From the NCBI GenBank assembly GCA_041905785.1, contig JAYRKJ010000005.1:188319-252318 (forward strand): DNA of 64,000 bases, given 5' to 3'. Position numbers and translations under genes: made by a program. A model generated the notes under the pieces. It ran no database searches and was not told the origin of the DNA. It worked only from the letters and a program-made list of their open reading frames with translations. The stretch is from Burkholderiaceae bacterium. Its GTDB lineage: Bacteria; Pseudomonadota; Gammaproteobacteria; Burkholderiales; Burkholderiaceae_C. How positions within the stretch are numbered: position 1 is the first letter of the stretch; every line of letters begins with the position of its first letter. Below, one piece after another: positions 38,008-47,573 of this stretch.

Positions 38008-39456
38008 ATGAAGCTGAGCAAGGGTACGCTGCTGGGCAGCGTCCTGCTGGCGCCAGCGCTGGCCATCGCCCAGGGCAGCACGGCGGCGCAGCCCTCTCTC
38101 AAGGACGTTCTTGAGCGCCTGCAGCGCTTGGAAAACGAAAACCAAGCCTTGCGAGCCCGTCTGGACGCTGTCGCCCCCGACACGGAGAAGCGGATCCAGG
38201 CACTCGAGTCCGCGCAGCAGCAAACCGACAAGGCGCTGAACACGGAGCGGCTCAGCGAGAAGGAGCCGGAGCTCGTGACGCGGCTCAAGGCGGTGGAGTT
38301 CCAGACCCTGGCCATGCAGAAGCAGGCGCGCCAGATCGAGGCCCTGGAAGGCGTGAGCGTGTCGGCCTCGCTGGCCAGCGTGCTGCAGGCGGCCGATGCG
38401 GCGTCCACGCCCGACGGCCGGCGCCAAGCCCGCCTGAACTACCGCGGCGACGTCTCCATCGGCGCACCCGGTGGTTCGCTGGGCGATATCGAAGGCCGGC
38501 TGTTCGCCCATGTCCGACTGGGCCAGGGCGAAGGACTGCCGCTGCGCGACAGCCATGCCGGCGGCAGCAATGCAATCGCCTTCCAGACGCAGGCAGGCGC
38601 CTCGGACTCCTTCGCGGTGCTGGCGCAGGCCTGGTACCAACTGACCATCCCGCTGCCGCGCGATCACGGGCAGGCCAAGGCTCGCGAGCAGTTGGAACTG
38701 ACCGTCGGCAAGATGGACCCCTTCCTGTTCTTCGATCAGAACGCCATCGCTGACGACGAGACCACGCGCTTCCTGAACAAGGTCTTCGTGCACAACCCCA
38801 TGCTGGATGCAGGCGGGGACATCGGCGGTGACGCCTATGGATTCACACCGGGCGTGCGCCTGGCCTACACCAGCCGGCCCGATCGCACGAGCAGCTGGAG
38901 CGCGTCACTGGGACTGTTTGCTGCCGGTGATGCGGCAAGCTTCGGTGGCGGGCTCAGCAAACCCCTGCTGCTGGCACAACTGGACACCAGCCGCCGGCTG
39001 TGGGACGGGCTGCCCGGCAGCTACCGCGTCTATGCATGGCGCAATGCGCAGGCAAGCGACCACGATGGGACGAGCGCCGTTCATGCGGGCTGGGGCGCCT
39101 CGATCGACCAGCGGCTGTCCGACAGCTATACCGGCTTCTTGCGCTACGGCCAGCAGGCCAAGGGATCGCCGCGCGTGGACCGCGCCCTGACCCTAGGCAT
39201 GGAGCTCGACGGCCGCCATTGGGGCCGCGGAGCCGATGGCCTTGGCCTGGCACTGGGTTGGCTGCACAGCGGCGCTGCCTATCGCGCCGCACAGGGCACG
39301 GGCGCGCAGGAACAAGTCTGGGAGCTCTACTACCGCTATCAGCTCAACGACAAGGTGCAGATCACGCCGGACCTGCAGTGGATACGGCATCCGCTGGCGC
39401 TGGCCGGCAGCCCGGCGATTCGCGTGCTGGGCATCCGCGCCAAGGTGGGTCTCTGA
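38008..39456 (+). CDS. OprB-like porin with N-terminal coiled coil
   Basis: Signal peptide, heptad segment, GKMDPF.FFDQN, WELYYRYQL, ITPDLQWI, LGIRAKVGL. Confidence 0.8.
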   Translation: MKLSKGTLLGSVLLAPALAIAQGSTAAQPSLKDVLERLQRLENENQALRARLDAVAPDTEKRIQALESAQQQTDKALNTERLSEKEPELVTRLKAVEFQTLAMQKQARQIEALEGVSVSASLASVLQAADAASTPDGRRQARLNYRGDVSIGAPGGSLGDIEGRLFAHVRLGQGEGLPLRDSHAGGSNAIAFQTQAGASDSFAVLAQAWYQLTIPLPRDHGQAKAREQLELTVGKMDPFLFFDQNAIADDETTRFLNKVFVHNPMLDAGGDIGGDAYGFTPGVRLAYTSRPDRTSSWSASLGLFAAGDAASFGGGLSKPLLLAQLDTSRRLWDGLPGSYRVYAWRNAQASDHDGTSAVHAGWGASIDQRLSDSYTGFLRYGQQAKGSPRVDRALTLGMELDGRHWGRGADGLGLALGWLHSGAAYRAAQGTGAQEQVWELYYRYQLNDKVQITPDLQWIRHPLALAGSPAIRVLGIRAKVGL

Positions 39457-39797
39457 TGCGTCGCCTGGCACGCTCCTGCGCCGCCGCCGCCGCCGCGCTC
39501 CTCATGCTGGCCCATGGCGTGGCCCAGGCCGAATTGCCCGGCGCACTGCTGGTGCTGCAAAACGGCCGCATCACGCCGTCGCAGCTCGAGCTGCCGGCCG
39601 GGCAGCGCATCAAGCTGCGCTTGCAGAACAAGGGCCCTGGGCCCATCGAGTTCGAAAACCTCGACTTGCGCATCGAGAAGGTGCTGGCCGAAGGCGGGGA
39701 GTCCTTCGTCGTGCTGGCCCCGATGCGCCCGGGACGCTATCGCTTCATCGATGAGTTCCATCCCGACACCGGCGTCTTCGAACTCGTGATCCGATAG
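39456..39797 (+). CDS. ftrB: cupredoxin-domain protein
   Basis: PIEFEN..LRIEKV, PGRYRFIDEFH; TGATG coupling to porin gene. Confidence 0.88.
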   Translation: MRRLARSCAAAAAALLMLAHGVAQAELPGALLVLQNGRITPSQLELPAGQRIKLRLQNKGPGPIEFENLDLRIEKVLAEGGESFVVLAPMRPGRYRFIDEFHPDTGVFELVIR

Positions 39798-40619
39798 GTG
39801 GGCAGCATGCTGGCATCCTTCATCATCGTCTGGCGGGAAAGCCTCGAGGCCCTGCTGGTGCTGGCCATCCTGCTCGCCTGGGTGGCCGAACAACCGCAGG
39901 CGGATCAGCTGCGCCGCCGCATCGGTTTGGGCGCATTGTTGGGGCTCGCGCTCTCCGTCCTGCTGGCCGGGCTGACGCTGAGCGCCAGCCGGTGGATGCA
40001 AGGCGAGGCTCTGGACGCCTTCCAGGCCGGCGCCGCCTTGTTCGCCGCGTTCCTGGTTTTGCAGATGCTGGCCTGGATGCGTCGGCATGCGGCAGGGCTG
40101 AAGGCATCGCTGCGCTCACAGGCCGGTGCTGCGGCACAGGGCGGAAGCCTCGTGCTGATGGTGAGCCTGACCATCGCTCGCGAAGGCTGTGAAGCCGCCA
40201 TCTTTCTCGCCGGGCAGCTTGGCAGCGCATCGTCGCTGCTGCCGGCGATGGGTGGGGCCGCCCTCGGTCTGGGGTTGGCCCTGGCCTGCCTGATGCTGCT
40301 GGAGCGCGGTGCGCGCTGGCTGCGCGGGCCTCTGCTGTTTCGGGTGGCCGAGCTGCTGCTGCTGATGCTGGCGTTCTCAATGCTGGTGCAGGGCGTGGAA
40401 CGGCTGCTGACGCTGGACTGGCTGCCCACGGGTCCCGATCCGCTGTGGGACAGCTCGGCCTGGCTGCCGGACGCTCGCGGGGCAGGGCGCTGGCTCGCGC
40501 AGTTGTTGGGCTATCGCGACCGTCCCAGCGCCTGCCTGGTTGCGGCATACCTGGGCTTTGCGCTGCTGGCGACGCTGGCCTTGCGGCGTCCGCGCCTGCG
40601 CTCGGGAGCGCAGCGGTGA
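39798..40619 (+). CDS. ftrC: FTR1-family iron permease
   Basis: Two RExxE motifs (WRESLEA, AREGCEA). Confidence 0.92.
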   Translation: MGSMLASFIIVWRESLEALLVLAILLAWVAEQPQADQLRRRIGLGALLGLALSVLLAGLTLSASRWMQGEALDAFQAGAALFAAFLVLQMLAWMRRHAAGLKASLRSQAGAAAQGGSLVLMVSLTIAREGCEAAIFLAGQLGSASSLLPAMGGAALGLGLALACLMLLERGARWLRGPLLFRVAELLLLMLAFSMLVQGVERLLTLDWLPTGPDPLWDSSAWLPDARGAGRWLAQLLGYRDRPSACLVAAYLGFALLATLALRRPRLRSGAQR

Positions 40620-42028
40620 GACAGGCCGTCATCCCCATCGTCAGCAGCACGCGGGTCCGCTTGGAGCGGCCAGCACGCTGGGGTGACGCGCTGCGGCGCC
40701 ATCGTGGCGTGTTGATCGGACTGCAATGGGTCATCGTGGCGCTGTACCTCGCGCTGGTGATCCTGCCCGCGCTGCTGCCGCCGCCGCCAGAATCGGCGCA
40801 CATTCTGGGGAACCTGACGCTGCTGGCGCAGTTTCTGTTCTGGGGCATCTGGTGGCCCTTCGTCATCCTCAGCGTGCTGTTGTTCGGCCGACTGTGGTGC
40901 GGCACCCTGTGCCCCGAGGGCGCGCTCAGCGAATGGGCCAGCCGGCACGGCCTGGGACGCAGCATCCCGCGCTGGCTGCGCTGGGGCGGCTGGCCGTTCG
41001 TAGCTTTTGTCTGGACGACGGTCTGGGGGCAGCTGATCAGCGTGTACGAGTATCCGCGCGCCACCTTGCTGATCCTGGGCGGTTCCACCGTGCTGGCTAT
41101 GGCCATCGGATGGGTGTATGGGCGCGGCAAGCGGGTCTGGTGCCGCTATCTATGCCCCGTCAGCGGCGTGTTCGGCCTGCTCGCTCGCCTTGCGCCGCTG
41201 CACTACAGCACCGACGCCAGGGCCTGGCGCTCTTACCCGGGCCCCACGCCACGCGTGGATTGCCCCACCTTGCTCGATCTTCGTCACCTGGACGCCGCCG
41301 CCGACTGCCATGCCTGCGGGCGCTGCAGCGGGCACCGCCAGGCCATCGCTTTGCGCGTACGCTGGCCAGGCGCGGAAGTGCTGTTGCCTGCGCGCGATTC
41401 GCGCGCACAAGGGCGTGCCGCGGTCTTGCTGGTTTACGGCCTCTTCGGCGTTGCCTTGGCAGCCTTCCAGTGGAGCGCCAGCCCCCTTTGGCAGGCACTG
41501 AAGCAGCGGGCGGTGGAGGCCGTCCTGGACGGTGGTCAGGCACTCTGGCTGCTCGAAGATACGGCGCCCTGGTGGCTGCTGACCCATGAACCGCAGGCGC
41601 ACGACGTCTTCCTCTGGTTGGATGGCCTTTGCATCCTCGGCTACATCGGCGGCGCCACGCTGCTGCTGGGCGGCGCGCTGCACCTGCTGCTGCGACTGGC
41701 CTCGGCGCTGAGCGGCCTGCCATGGCCCCGCCTGGCCCTGACCCTCAGCCCGCTGGCGGCCATGACCTTGTTCGTCGGTCTGTCGCAGATGACACTGAGC
41801 CAACTGCGGTCGGCGGGCTACGTCTGGCCCCAGTTCGTCCTCTGGGCTCGCATCGGGCTGCTGGGCGGCAGCACGCTGTGGAGCCTGTTCCTGGCCGCAA
41901 GGATGTTGCGCATGGGTGCAGCGACGCCGCCCACCCGCCAGGCCGCTCGCAACCTGGCTGTCCTGCTGCTGGCGCTATGCATGGTCGTGGTCAACGGGGT
42001 CTGGTGGGTTCACTTTCGGCATGCCTGA
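40616..42028 (+). CDS. ftrD: membrane polyferredoxin (4Fe-4S binding)
   Basis: GRLWCGTLCPEG, WCRYLCP, CHACGRC; GTGA overlap with ftrC. Confidence 0.9.
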   Translation: MRQAVIPIVSSTRVRLERPARWGDALRRHRGVLIGLQWVIVALYLALVILPALLPPPPESAHILGNLTLLAQFLFWGIWWPFVILSVLLFGRLWCGTLCPEGALSEWASRHGLGRSIPRWLRWGGWPFVAFVWTTVWGQLISVYEYPRATLLILGGSTVLAMAIGWVYGRGKRVWCRYLCPVSGVFGLLARLAPLHYSTDARAWRSYPGPTPRVDCPTLLDLRHLDAAADCHACGRCSGHRQAIALRVRWPGAEVLLPARDSRAQGRAAVLLVYGLFGVALAAFQWSASPLWQALKQRAVEAVLDGGQALWLLEDTAPWWLLTHEPQAHDVFLWLDGLCILGYIGGATLLLGGALHLLLRLASALSGLPWPRLALTLSPLAAMTLFVGLSQMTLSQLRSAGYVWPQFVLWARIGLLGGSTLWSLFLAARMLRMGAATPPTRQAARNLAVLLLALCMVVVNGVWWVHFRHA

Positions 42029-42152
42029 ACCGCGAATATTGAGGCACCATGCGCTAAGGGGCGTGCTACGAGACGGGTTGCTGGATCAAGAGCCCTCCTG
42101 CCCCGGTTTTTCAGGGAGCCTTGAATCGGGACTACTCGCGTTGATCTGACTT

Positions 42153-42897
42153 GTGCCAATGGGAATCGCCACGTTTGGAGAGCTCCGGGCGGGCTATATC
42201 GGTCCGCTGCGGCAACACAAGTTGCACGAGCACATGGCCAAGCAGATTGCGGTCGGCTTGTCAGGCGCGGTCCGCATCCAGACACTGACGACGCTTGTTT
42301 GCGCCGACGGCGTCATGGTGGGCCCACGCATCGACCACATCGCCTGCTCGACGACCGGGGGCCTCGTCGCATTCCTCTATATCGCTCCACATGCGTCCCT
42401 GGCTCGCACACTGGGTTGGCGCCTGGGCGTAACGGGGCGTCGCTGCCATGGATCGGCGCCTGGTCGCCTGCTTCAGGAACCGCGAGCGCGTCCAGGACAT
42501 GGTCGACGCCTTGTGCACTGAGCTCGGAATCGCGGCCGATCGCGCCTCCTTTGATCGCCGTCTGCTGTGCGCCCTGGATGAGTTGGCAGGCGATGCGGGA
42601 GACCGAGGCGCCATTGAGCGCGCGACAAAGGCGAGCGGCCTGTCGGAAGCCCGCCTGCGCGCACTGGCCAAGGAAGAAATGGGCGTTCCGCTGTCGCAAT
42701 GGATGCTGTGGCGCAAACTCGAGCGCGGCATGCGGGCTATTGCGGCGGGGCAGCGTTTAGCTTCAGCCGCCAGTCATGCCGGTTTTGCAGACCAGGCACA
42801 CTTTGCCCGCACCATGAAGCGCATGTTCGGTGTCACCTTGAGCGACGTGAGTCCGTCACTGCAAGAGTCAAGCGCTTTGTTCAAGACACCCGCCTAA
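42153..42897 (+). pseudogene. frameshifted AraC-family regulator
   Basis: Sensor half (HEHMAKQIAVG, FLYIAP) in 42153..42521; HTH half (AGFADQAHFART.KRMFG) in another frame, 42448..42897. Confidence 0.72.
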
Positions 42898-43047
42898 CGA
42901 AGACTCAACATGAGTAGGCGCCAAAGTGGCGCTAGCTGCTGCCTTGGCTGCCAGATGTCGCCGCGCGCGATGGCAGCGCAGCGCCTCATGCCCGCCCGGA
43001 ACCCGTGGCCAGCCTGCTGCGCAGCTCTCGGGGACTGGAGGAGAACC

Positions 43048-44124
43048 ATGTCGAAGTCAATGGGCAAACAATGGGTCCCGCTCGTGCTGGGCCTTTCCAT
43101 CGTGGCCAGCGCTGCGGCCTACGGTGTGCAACGCTGGCAGCACCGCCAGAGCTTCGTGTCCACTGACGACGCGCAGGTGGGAGGCGTCATCATCCCGATT
43201 CGAGCGCGAGTCTCCGGTCTTGTCGAACGCGTGCCCGTCGAGGACAACCAGGCCGTTCCTGCAGGCGCCGAGCTCGTGCAGCGCATGGCTCAAGCGGGAA
43301 GCGCCACCCTGCCCGATGTCGAGGAGGCACAGGCCCGCGTGGACCATGCGCGCGCTCTGTGGCTGGCTGCGAGGAGCGACCGTGAGCTGCAGCTCGCGTC
43401 CTTGCGTCTGGCGGCCGGGCCTGAGTTTTCCCCGAGCACCGCGCTGCACGCAGATGCAGAGCTGCAGCCGCTTCAGCCGAACTCCATCGAACAGTGGGTG
43501 GACGCAGCGCGGCAGGACAAGCTGGAGCTGCGGACAGCGCTTCTCTTGTCGCGCCAGGCCTCGCGGGAAATTGACAAGCAACGGGCCGCTGCCATGCCCA
43601 CCATTCAGCTGTACGGACTGCATGGCCATCTGAGCCAGCATGGGGGCATCATCTTCGGCATGCCGGTGCCTTCCAACCGGGTCACGCAGACATCGGTCGG
43701 GCTGCAATTGACCCTGCCCTTGGCGACAGGCGGCGCGATCGATGCGCGCACCCGACAGGCCGTAGCCCAGCGCCAGTTCAGCGAGGATCTGGTGGAAGAA
43801 GCACGCCGCCAGGCGGCCCTGTCGGCGCGCCAAACCTATCTGGGCGTGAGCATGGGGCTTGAGCGGTCCCGCGCCGAGCAGCGCGCCATGGCCTCCGCGC
43901 AAGCGACCCTGCGCTCCACCCAAGCGGCCTTCGAGGTCGGCAAGCGCTTGAACAGCGATGTGCTGAATGCCCAGCAGCTGCTGGCCAGCGCCGAACAGCG
44001 ATGGCAGCAAGCCCGCTATGACACGCTGCTTGCGCAGCTGCAGCTCAAGGCCACGGTCGGCGCACTCGACGATGCCGAACTGGCGCGCATGAGCAGGCTA
44101 CTCTTGCCCGCTGGAGTGCCCTGA
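43048..44124 (+). pseudogene. in-frame chimera of EmrA/HlyD N-terminus and TolC C-terminal half
   Basis: TM + STDDAQV..ARVSG..DNQ.V..G..LV, then TolC-type DVEEAQAR and FEVGKRLNSDVLNAQQ.L. Confidence 0.7.
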
Positions 44125-44140
44125 GCAAATCGCCGCAATG

Positions 44141-44815
44141 TCAATGCAGGCTGAAGCGCACCGGGTACTCAATCCAGGCCACCAGGCGTTCATCGCCGCG
44201 CCTTGCTGCGACATAGGGGCATGCCGCGGCCACCTGCCTGGCCGCTTCATCGAGCAGGCGCCAGCCGCTGGGACCTTGCACCAGCACTTCCGCAGCCCGC
44301 CCGTCTTCATCCACCTTCACCCGCACGACAACCCGTCCCTCGATCCCGCGGTCACGGAGAAGGGCCGGGTAGTGCCGCGCCACCTGGCGGTCGTTGCAGG
44401 CCTGATGCTCGGGCGGCAAGGTCACCGGGACCAAGGCCGCTGGTGCCGCTGCCAGTGGCGCCCGGGCGACGAGTGCAGCAGGAGGCGGGGCCGCCAGCTG
44501 CGCGTCGCCGGCCAGCGTCGGCGCAGGGATGTCTGCAGGCGAGGCGGGCAACTCCTGCGCTCCCCATGCGTGCGGCAGGCTGATGCCGGGCAGCACTGGG
44601 GCATGCAGCTGCAGGGGCAGGCTTTGCCTTCGCAGGCTGGCCGCGGCATCCCGTGCGGGGTTGCGGGCAATCAGGCGTACGCCAATGCTGGTGTGCGTCC
44701 TGGCCTCGACGGCGGCCGGCGCGCGATCCGTTCCCTGCATGGCGGCCCCCACCCGCAGCATGAGCAGCAGCACGCAGTGCAGGAGGAGCGTTGAACAAAG
44801 GGCCGTACGGTTCAT
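44141..44815 (-). CDS. tonB: TonB energy transducer
   Basis: N-terminal TM, Pro/Ala linker, YP..LR..GIEGRVVVRVKVDEDG, SGW.LLDEAA. Confidence 0.88.
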   Translation of the reverse strand: MNRTALCSTLLLHCVLLLMLRVGAAMQGTDRAPAAVEARTHTSIGVRLIARNPARDAAASLRRQSLPLQLHAPVLPGISLPHAWGAQELPASPADIPAPTLAGDAQLAAPPPAALVARAPLAAAPAALVPVTLPPEHQACNDRQVARHYPALLRDRGIEGRVVVRVKVDEDGRAAEVLVQGPSGWRLLDEAARQVAAACPYVAARRGDERLVAWIEYPVRFSLH

Positions 44816-45612
44816 GGCGCCGGCTCGAGAGAAGCCGCCGGCCGGCTGACATGCACGGGAAGAATGGCCACGCCGTGTGCATCCTTGAGCATCCGCAGAC
44901 GCAGTCCATAGAGCTGCTCCAGCAGCGGGAGCGTCGCGGGCACGGCGCCGCAGTCCGCGAGAACCCGTCCATCCTGGATCATCCAGAGCCGCTCGAAATG
45001 GTTCAGGGCCAGATTCAGGTCATGCAACACCGCCACGATGGCATGCCCACGCTGTGTCGCGTAGACGTCCATCGCCTGCATCAGCGAAAGCACGAGACCG
45101 GGATCCAGCGCGGCCACCGGCTCGTCAAACAGCAGCAGGCCGTCACGTTCGTCCCACAGCTGTGCAAAGACGCGGGCGAGCTGAACGCGCGCCTGCTCGC
45201 CCCCCGACAGGGTGTCGAACCGGCGCCCCATCAGATGCAAGGCCTCGGCACAGGCCAGCGCCTGCTGCACGATCTGTCGCTGCCTGGGATCGCTGCGCAG
45301 CGCCACCCGGCCCAGCGACACCACCAGCTCGACCGGCAAGCCAAAGGCCACGCCGTGGGACTGCGGCAGAACGGCGCGCCGACGGGCGAGTTCCGCAGTC
45401 GCCCAGTCCGCCATCGGACGACCCTGGAGCCGCACCTGCCCGCTGGCCGGCTTGAGCTCACCGGCCATCAGCCTCAGCAGGGTCGATTTCCCAGCGCCGC
45501 TGGGCCCCAGTACGGCCACCCGTTCCCCGGTCCGGATGGCCAAGGGCAGGGGCCCCAGCAGCCGCGGCCCCAGCCGTGCGGTGACTTGGTCCAGGCGCAT
45601 CAGCTCGCGCAT
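44812..45612 (-). CDS. hmuV: heme ABC transporter ATP-binding protein
   Basis: GPSGAGKST, LSGGEQARVQLARVFAQ, DEP, LHDLNLA. Confidence 0.9.
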   Translation of the reverse strand: MRELMRLDQVTARLGPRLLGPLPLAIRTGERVAVLGPSGAGKSTLLRLMAGELKPASGQVRLQGRPMADWATAELARRRAVLPQSHGVAFGLPVELVVSLGRVALRSDPRQRQIVQQALACAEALHLMGRRFDTLSGGEQARVQLARVFAQLWDERDGLLLFDEPVAALDPGLVLSLMQAMDVYATQRGHAIVAVLHDLNLALNHFERLWMIQDGRVLADCGAVPATLPLLEQLYGLRLRMLKDAHGVAILPVHVSRPAASLEPAP

Positions 45613-45613
45613 C

Positions 45614-46711
45614 TCAGGCCCCTCCCATGCGCCGCAGGCTGCCGCGCAGCAGGACCAGGAACCAGGGCGCCCCCAGCAAGGCACTGAAGACGCCCACCGG
45701 AACCTCAGCCGGCATGGCGACCGTGCGGCCCAGCGTGTCCGCCGCGAGCAGCAGCAAAGCCCCGCAGACCATGGACATGGGCAGGGTCTGGCGCAGGTCC
45801 GCCCCCACCAGCTGGCGCGCCAGATGGGGCGCCATCAGTCCCACGAAGCCGATGCTCCCGCACCAGGCCACGGTCAGGGCGCCAAGCAGCGCGACCAAGA
45901 CAACGACACGCGTGCGCAAGCCGGAAACGTCCACCCCGACGTGGGACGCCGCCGCTTCGCCCAGGGCCAGGGCGTTCAGCGCCTGCGCCATTTGCCTTGC
46001 ATTCCATGCGGCCAGCACCAGGGCCAGCAGCATCACGCCAGCCATGGTCCAGTTGGCGCCAGCCAGCGACCCCAAGGTCCAGAAGCTGATGGCGCGCAGC
46101 TGCTCGTCGCTGGCGAGATGGCTGCAAAGGCCAACCAGCGCACCGCACAGCGCCTGCAAGGCCAGTCCAGTCAGCAGCAGACCGGCGATCGAGCCCGGTG
46201 CCAGCCAGCGCGCACAGCGCTCCAGCGTGAAGCACACCAGCAGCGCACCGCCAAAGCCCGCGGCAGGCAGCAACCAGAGCCGTGCCACCGGCGGCAGGGC
46301 GGCTGATGCAGCCGAGAACAAAGTCAGGCAAAGCGCGACGGCCGCTGCTGCACCGCTGCTGATGCCCAGCAGCGCCGGGTCGGCCATGGGATTGCGAAAC
46401 AGGCTTTGCGCCAGCACGCCGCCCAAGGCCAGGGATCCGCCCACCGCCAAGCACAGCAGCAGCCGCGGCAGGCGCAGCTGCCACAGTACATACGCCGAGC
46501 CGCTGCGCTGGGCAGCGTCGCTGATCCAGGGGGGCTGCAGCCAGTCGTCCAGCCGGGCCGGCAGCGCGCCGAGCTGTGCACAGGCCAGGGCGGCGCACAG
46601 GGTCAGCAGCAAGAGCAGCAGCAGGCGTTTGCGCGGATCAGCGCGCCGCAGGCGTGCCACCACGGACAGGGGGTGAGAGCCTCCATGCCCTAGGGTCAGG
46701 TCTTGCCGCAT
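45614..46711 (-). CDS. hmuU: heme ABC transporter permease (FecCD family)
   Basis: LRLPR, FRNPMADPALLG, FWTLGSL, IGFVGLMAPH, EVPVGV. Confidence 0.9.
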   Translation of the reverse strand: MRQDLTLGHGGSHPLSVVARLRRADPRKRLLLLLLLTLCAALACAQLGALPARLDDWLQPPWISDAAQRSGSAYVLWQLRLPRLLLCLAVGGSLALGGVLAQSLFRNPMADPALLGISSGAAAAVALCLTLFSAASAALPPVARLWLLPAAGFGGALLVCFTLERCARWLAPGSIAGLLLTGLALQALCGALVGLCSHLASDEQLRAISFWTLGSLAGANWTMAGVMLLALVLAAWNARQMAQALNALALGEAAASHVGVDVSGLRTRVVVLVALLGALTVAWCGSIGFVGLMAPHLARQLVGADLRQTLPMSMVCGALLLLAADTLGRTVAMPAEVPVGVFSALLGAPWFLVLLRGSLRRMGGA

Positions 46712-46718
46712 GGTGGCT

Positions 46719-47573
46719 TCACCGCTGATGCAGGGCCTCCGCCAGGCGCGGAAGCAGCTGGGGAAGGCGGGGGCCAAAGCCCAGCAGGGCCAGGGCATCA
46801 AAGCTTGCCACGCGGCGGACGCGGCCGGCCGGCGTCTGGGCAAGACCTGGCACCTGGAGCAGGCGGTCGATGCCGCCGGCGGTCTGCAGCCCCTCCGTCG
46901 TCGTCAGGATGACCTCGGGCGCTGCCGCCACCGCCGCCTCCGGGGTGAGCTGCTTGTAGCCTTGCGCCTCCGCCAGGGCATTGCGGGCGCCAGCGTAGCC
47001 GATGACAGCATCCGCCGCGGTGGCACTGCCGGCGATGCGCAGCTGCGCCATGTTGTGCGCCAGCACGAACAGCACGCGCGGCGGGCGCTGTTCTCCCATG
47101 CTCAGTTGCCGAACCCTGCTCAGGGCCTGCTGCCAGTCGGCGCGCAGGGTTCGAACCAGCGCCTGCGCCGCGGACTCCCTGCCGAGCAGTGCGCCGATGC
47201 GTTCGACGCGAGCGAGCAAGCCTTCGAAGCGATGCTCGGAACGCAGGGTGTGCAGCGCAATGCCCGCGGCCTCCAGCTGCCTAAGCGCTGCCGGGGGACC
47301 GGCATCCTCGGTGGCCAGGACCAGGGTGGGCGCCAGTGACAGCAGGCCCTCGGCCGACAGCGTCCGCATATAGCCCACATCCGGCAGCGCCATGGCTGCC
47401 GGGGGAAACACCGACGTGCTGTCCCGCCCGACGAGCAAGGATTCGCAGCCCAGGGCGTAGACGATTTCCGTGAGCGCTCCGCTGACGCAGACCACGCGCG
47501 GCGCAGTCGCCGCGTCGGCCAAGGGCGGCAGTCCGAGGGCACATGCGGCCAGCAGGTGACGCCGGCTCAGCAT
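46719..47573 (-). CDS. hmuT: heme ABC transporter periplasmic binding protein
   Basis: LTEIVYALG..LVGRDSTS, VGYMRTLSAEG, LLGFGPR. Confidence 0.92.
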   Translation of the reverse strand: MLSRRHLLAACALGLPPLADAATAPRVVCVSGALTEIVYALGCESLLVGRDSTSVFPPAAMALPDVGYMRTLSAEGLLSLAPTLVLATEDAGPPAALRQLEAAGIALHTLRSEHRFEGLLARVERIGALLGRESAAQALVRTLRADWQQALSRVRQLSMGEQRPPRVLFVLAHNMAQLRIAGSATAADAVIGYAGARNALAEAQGYKQLTPEAAVAAAPEVILTTTEGLQTAGGIDRLLQVPGLAQTPAGRVRRVASFDALALLGFGPRLPQLLPRLAEALHQR

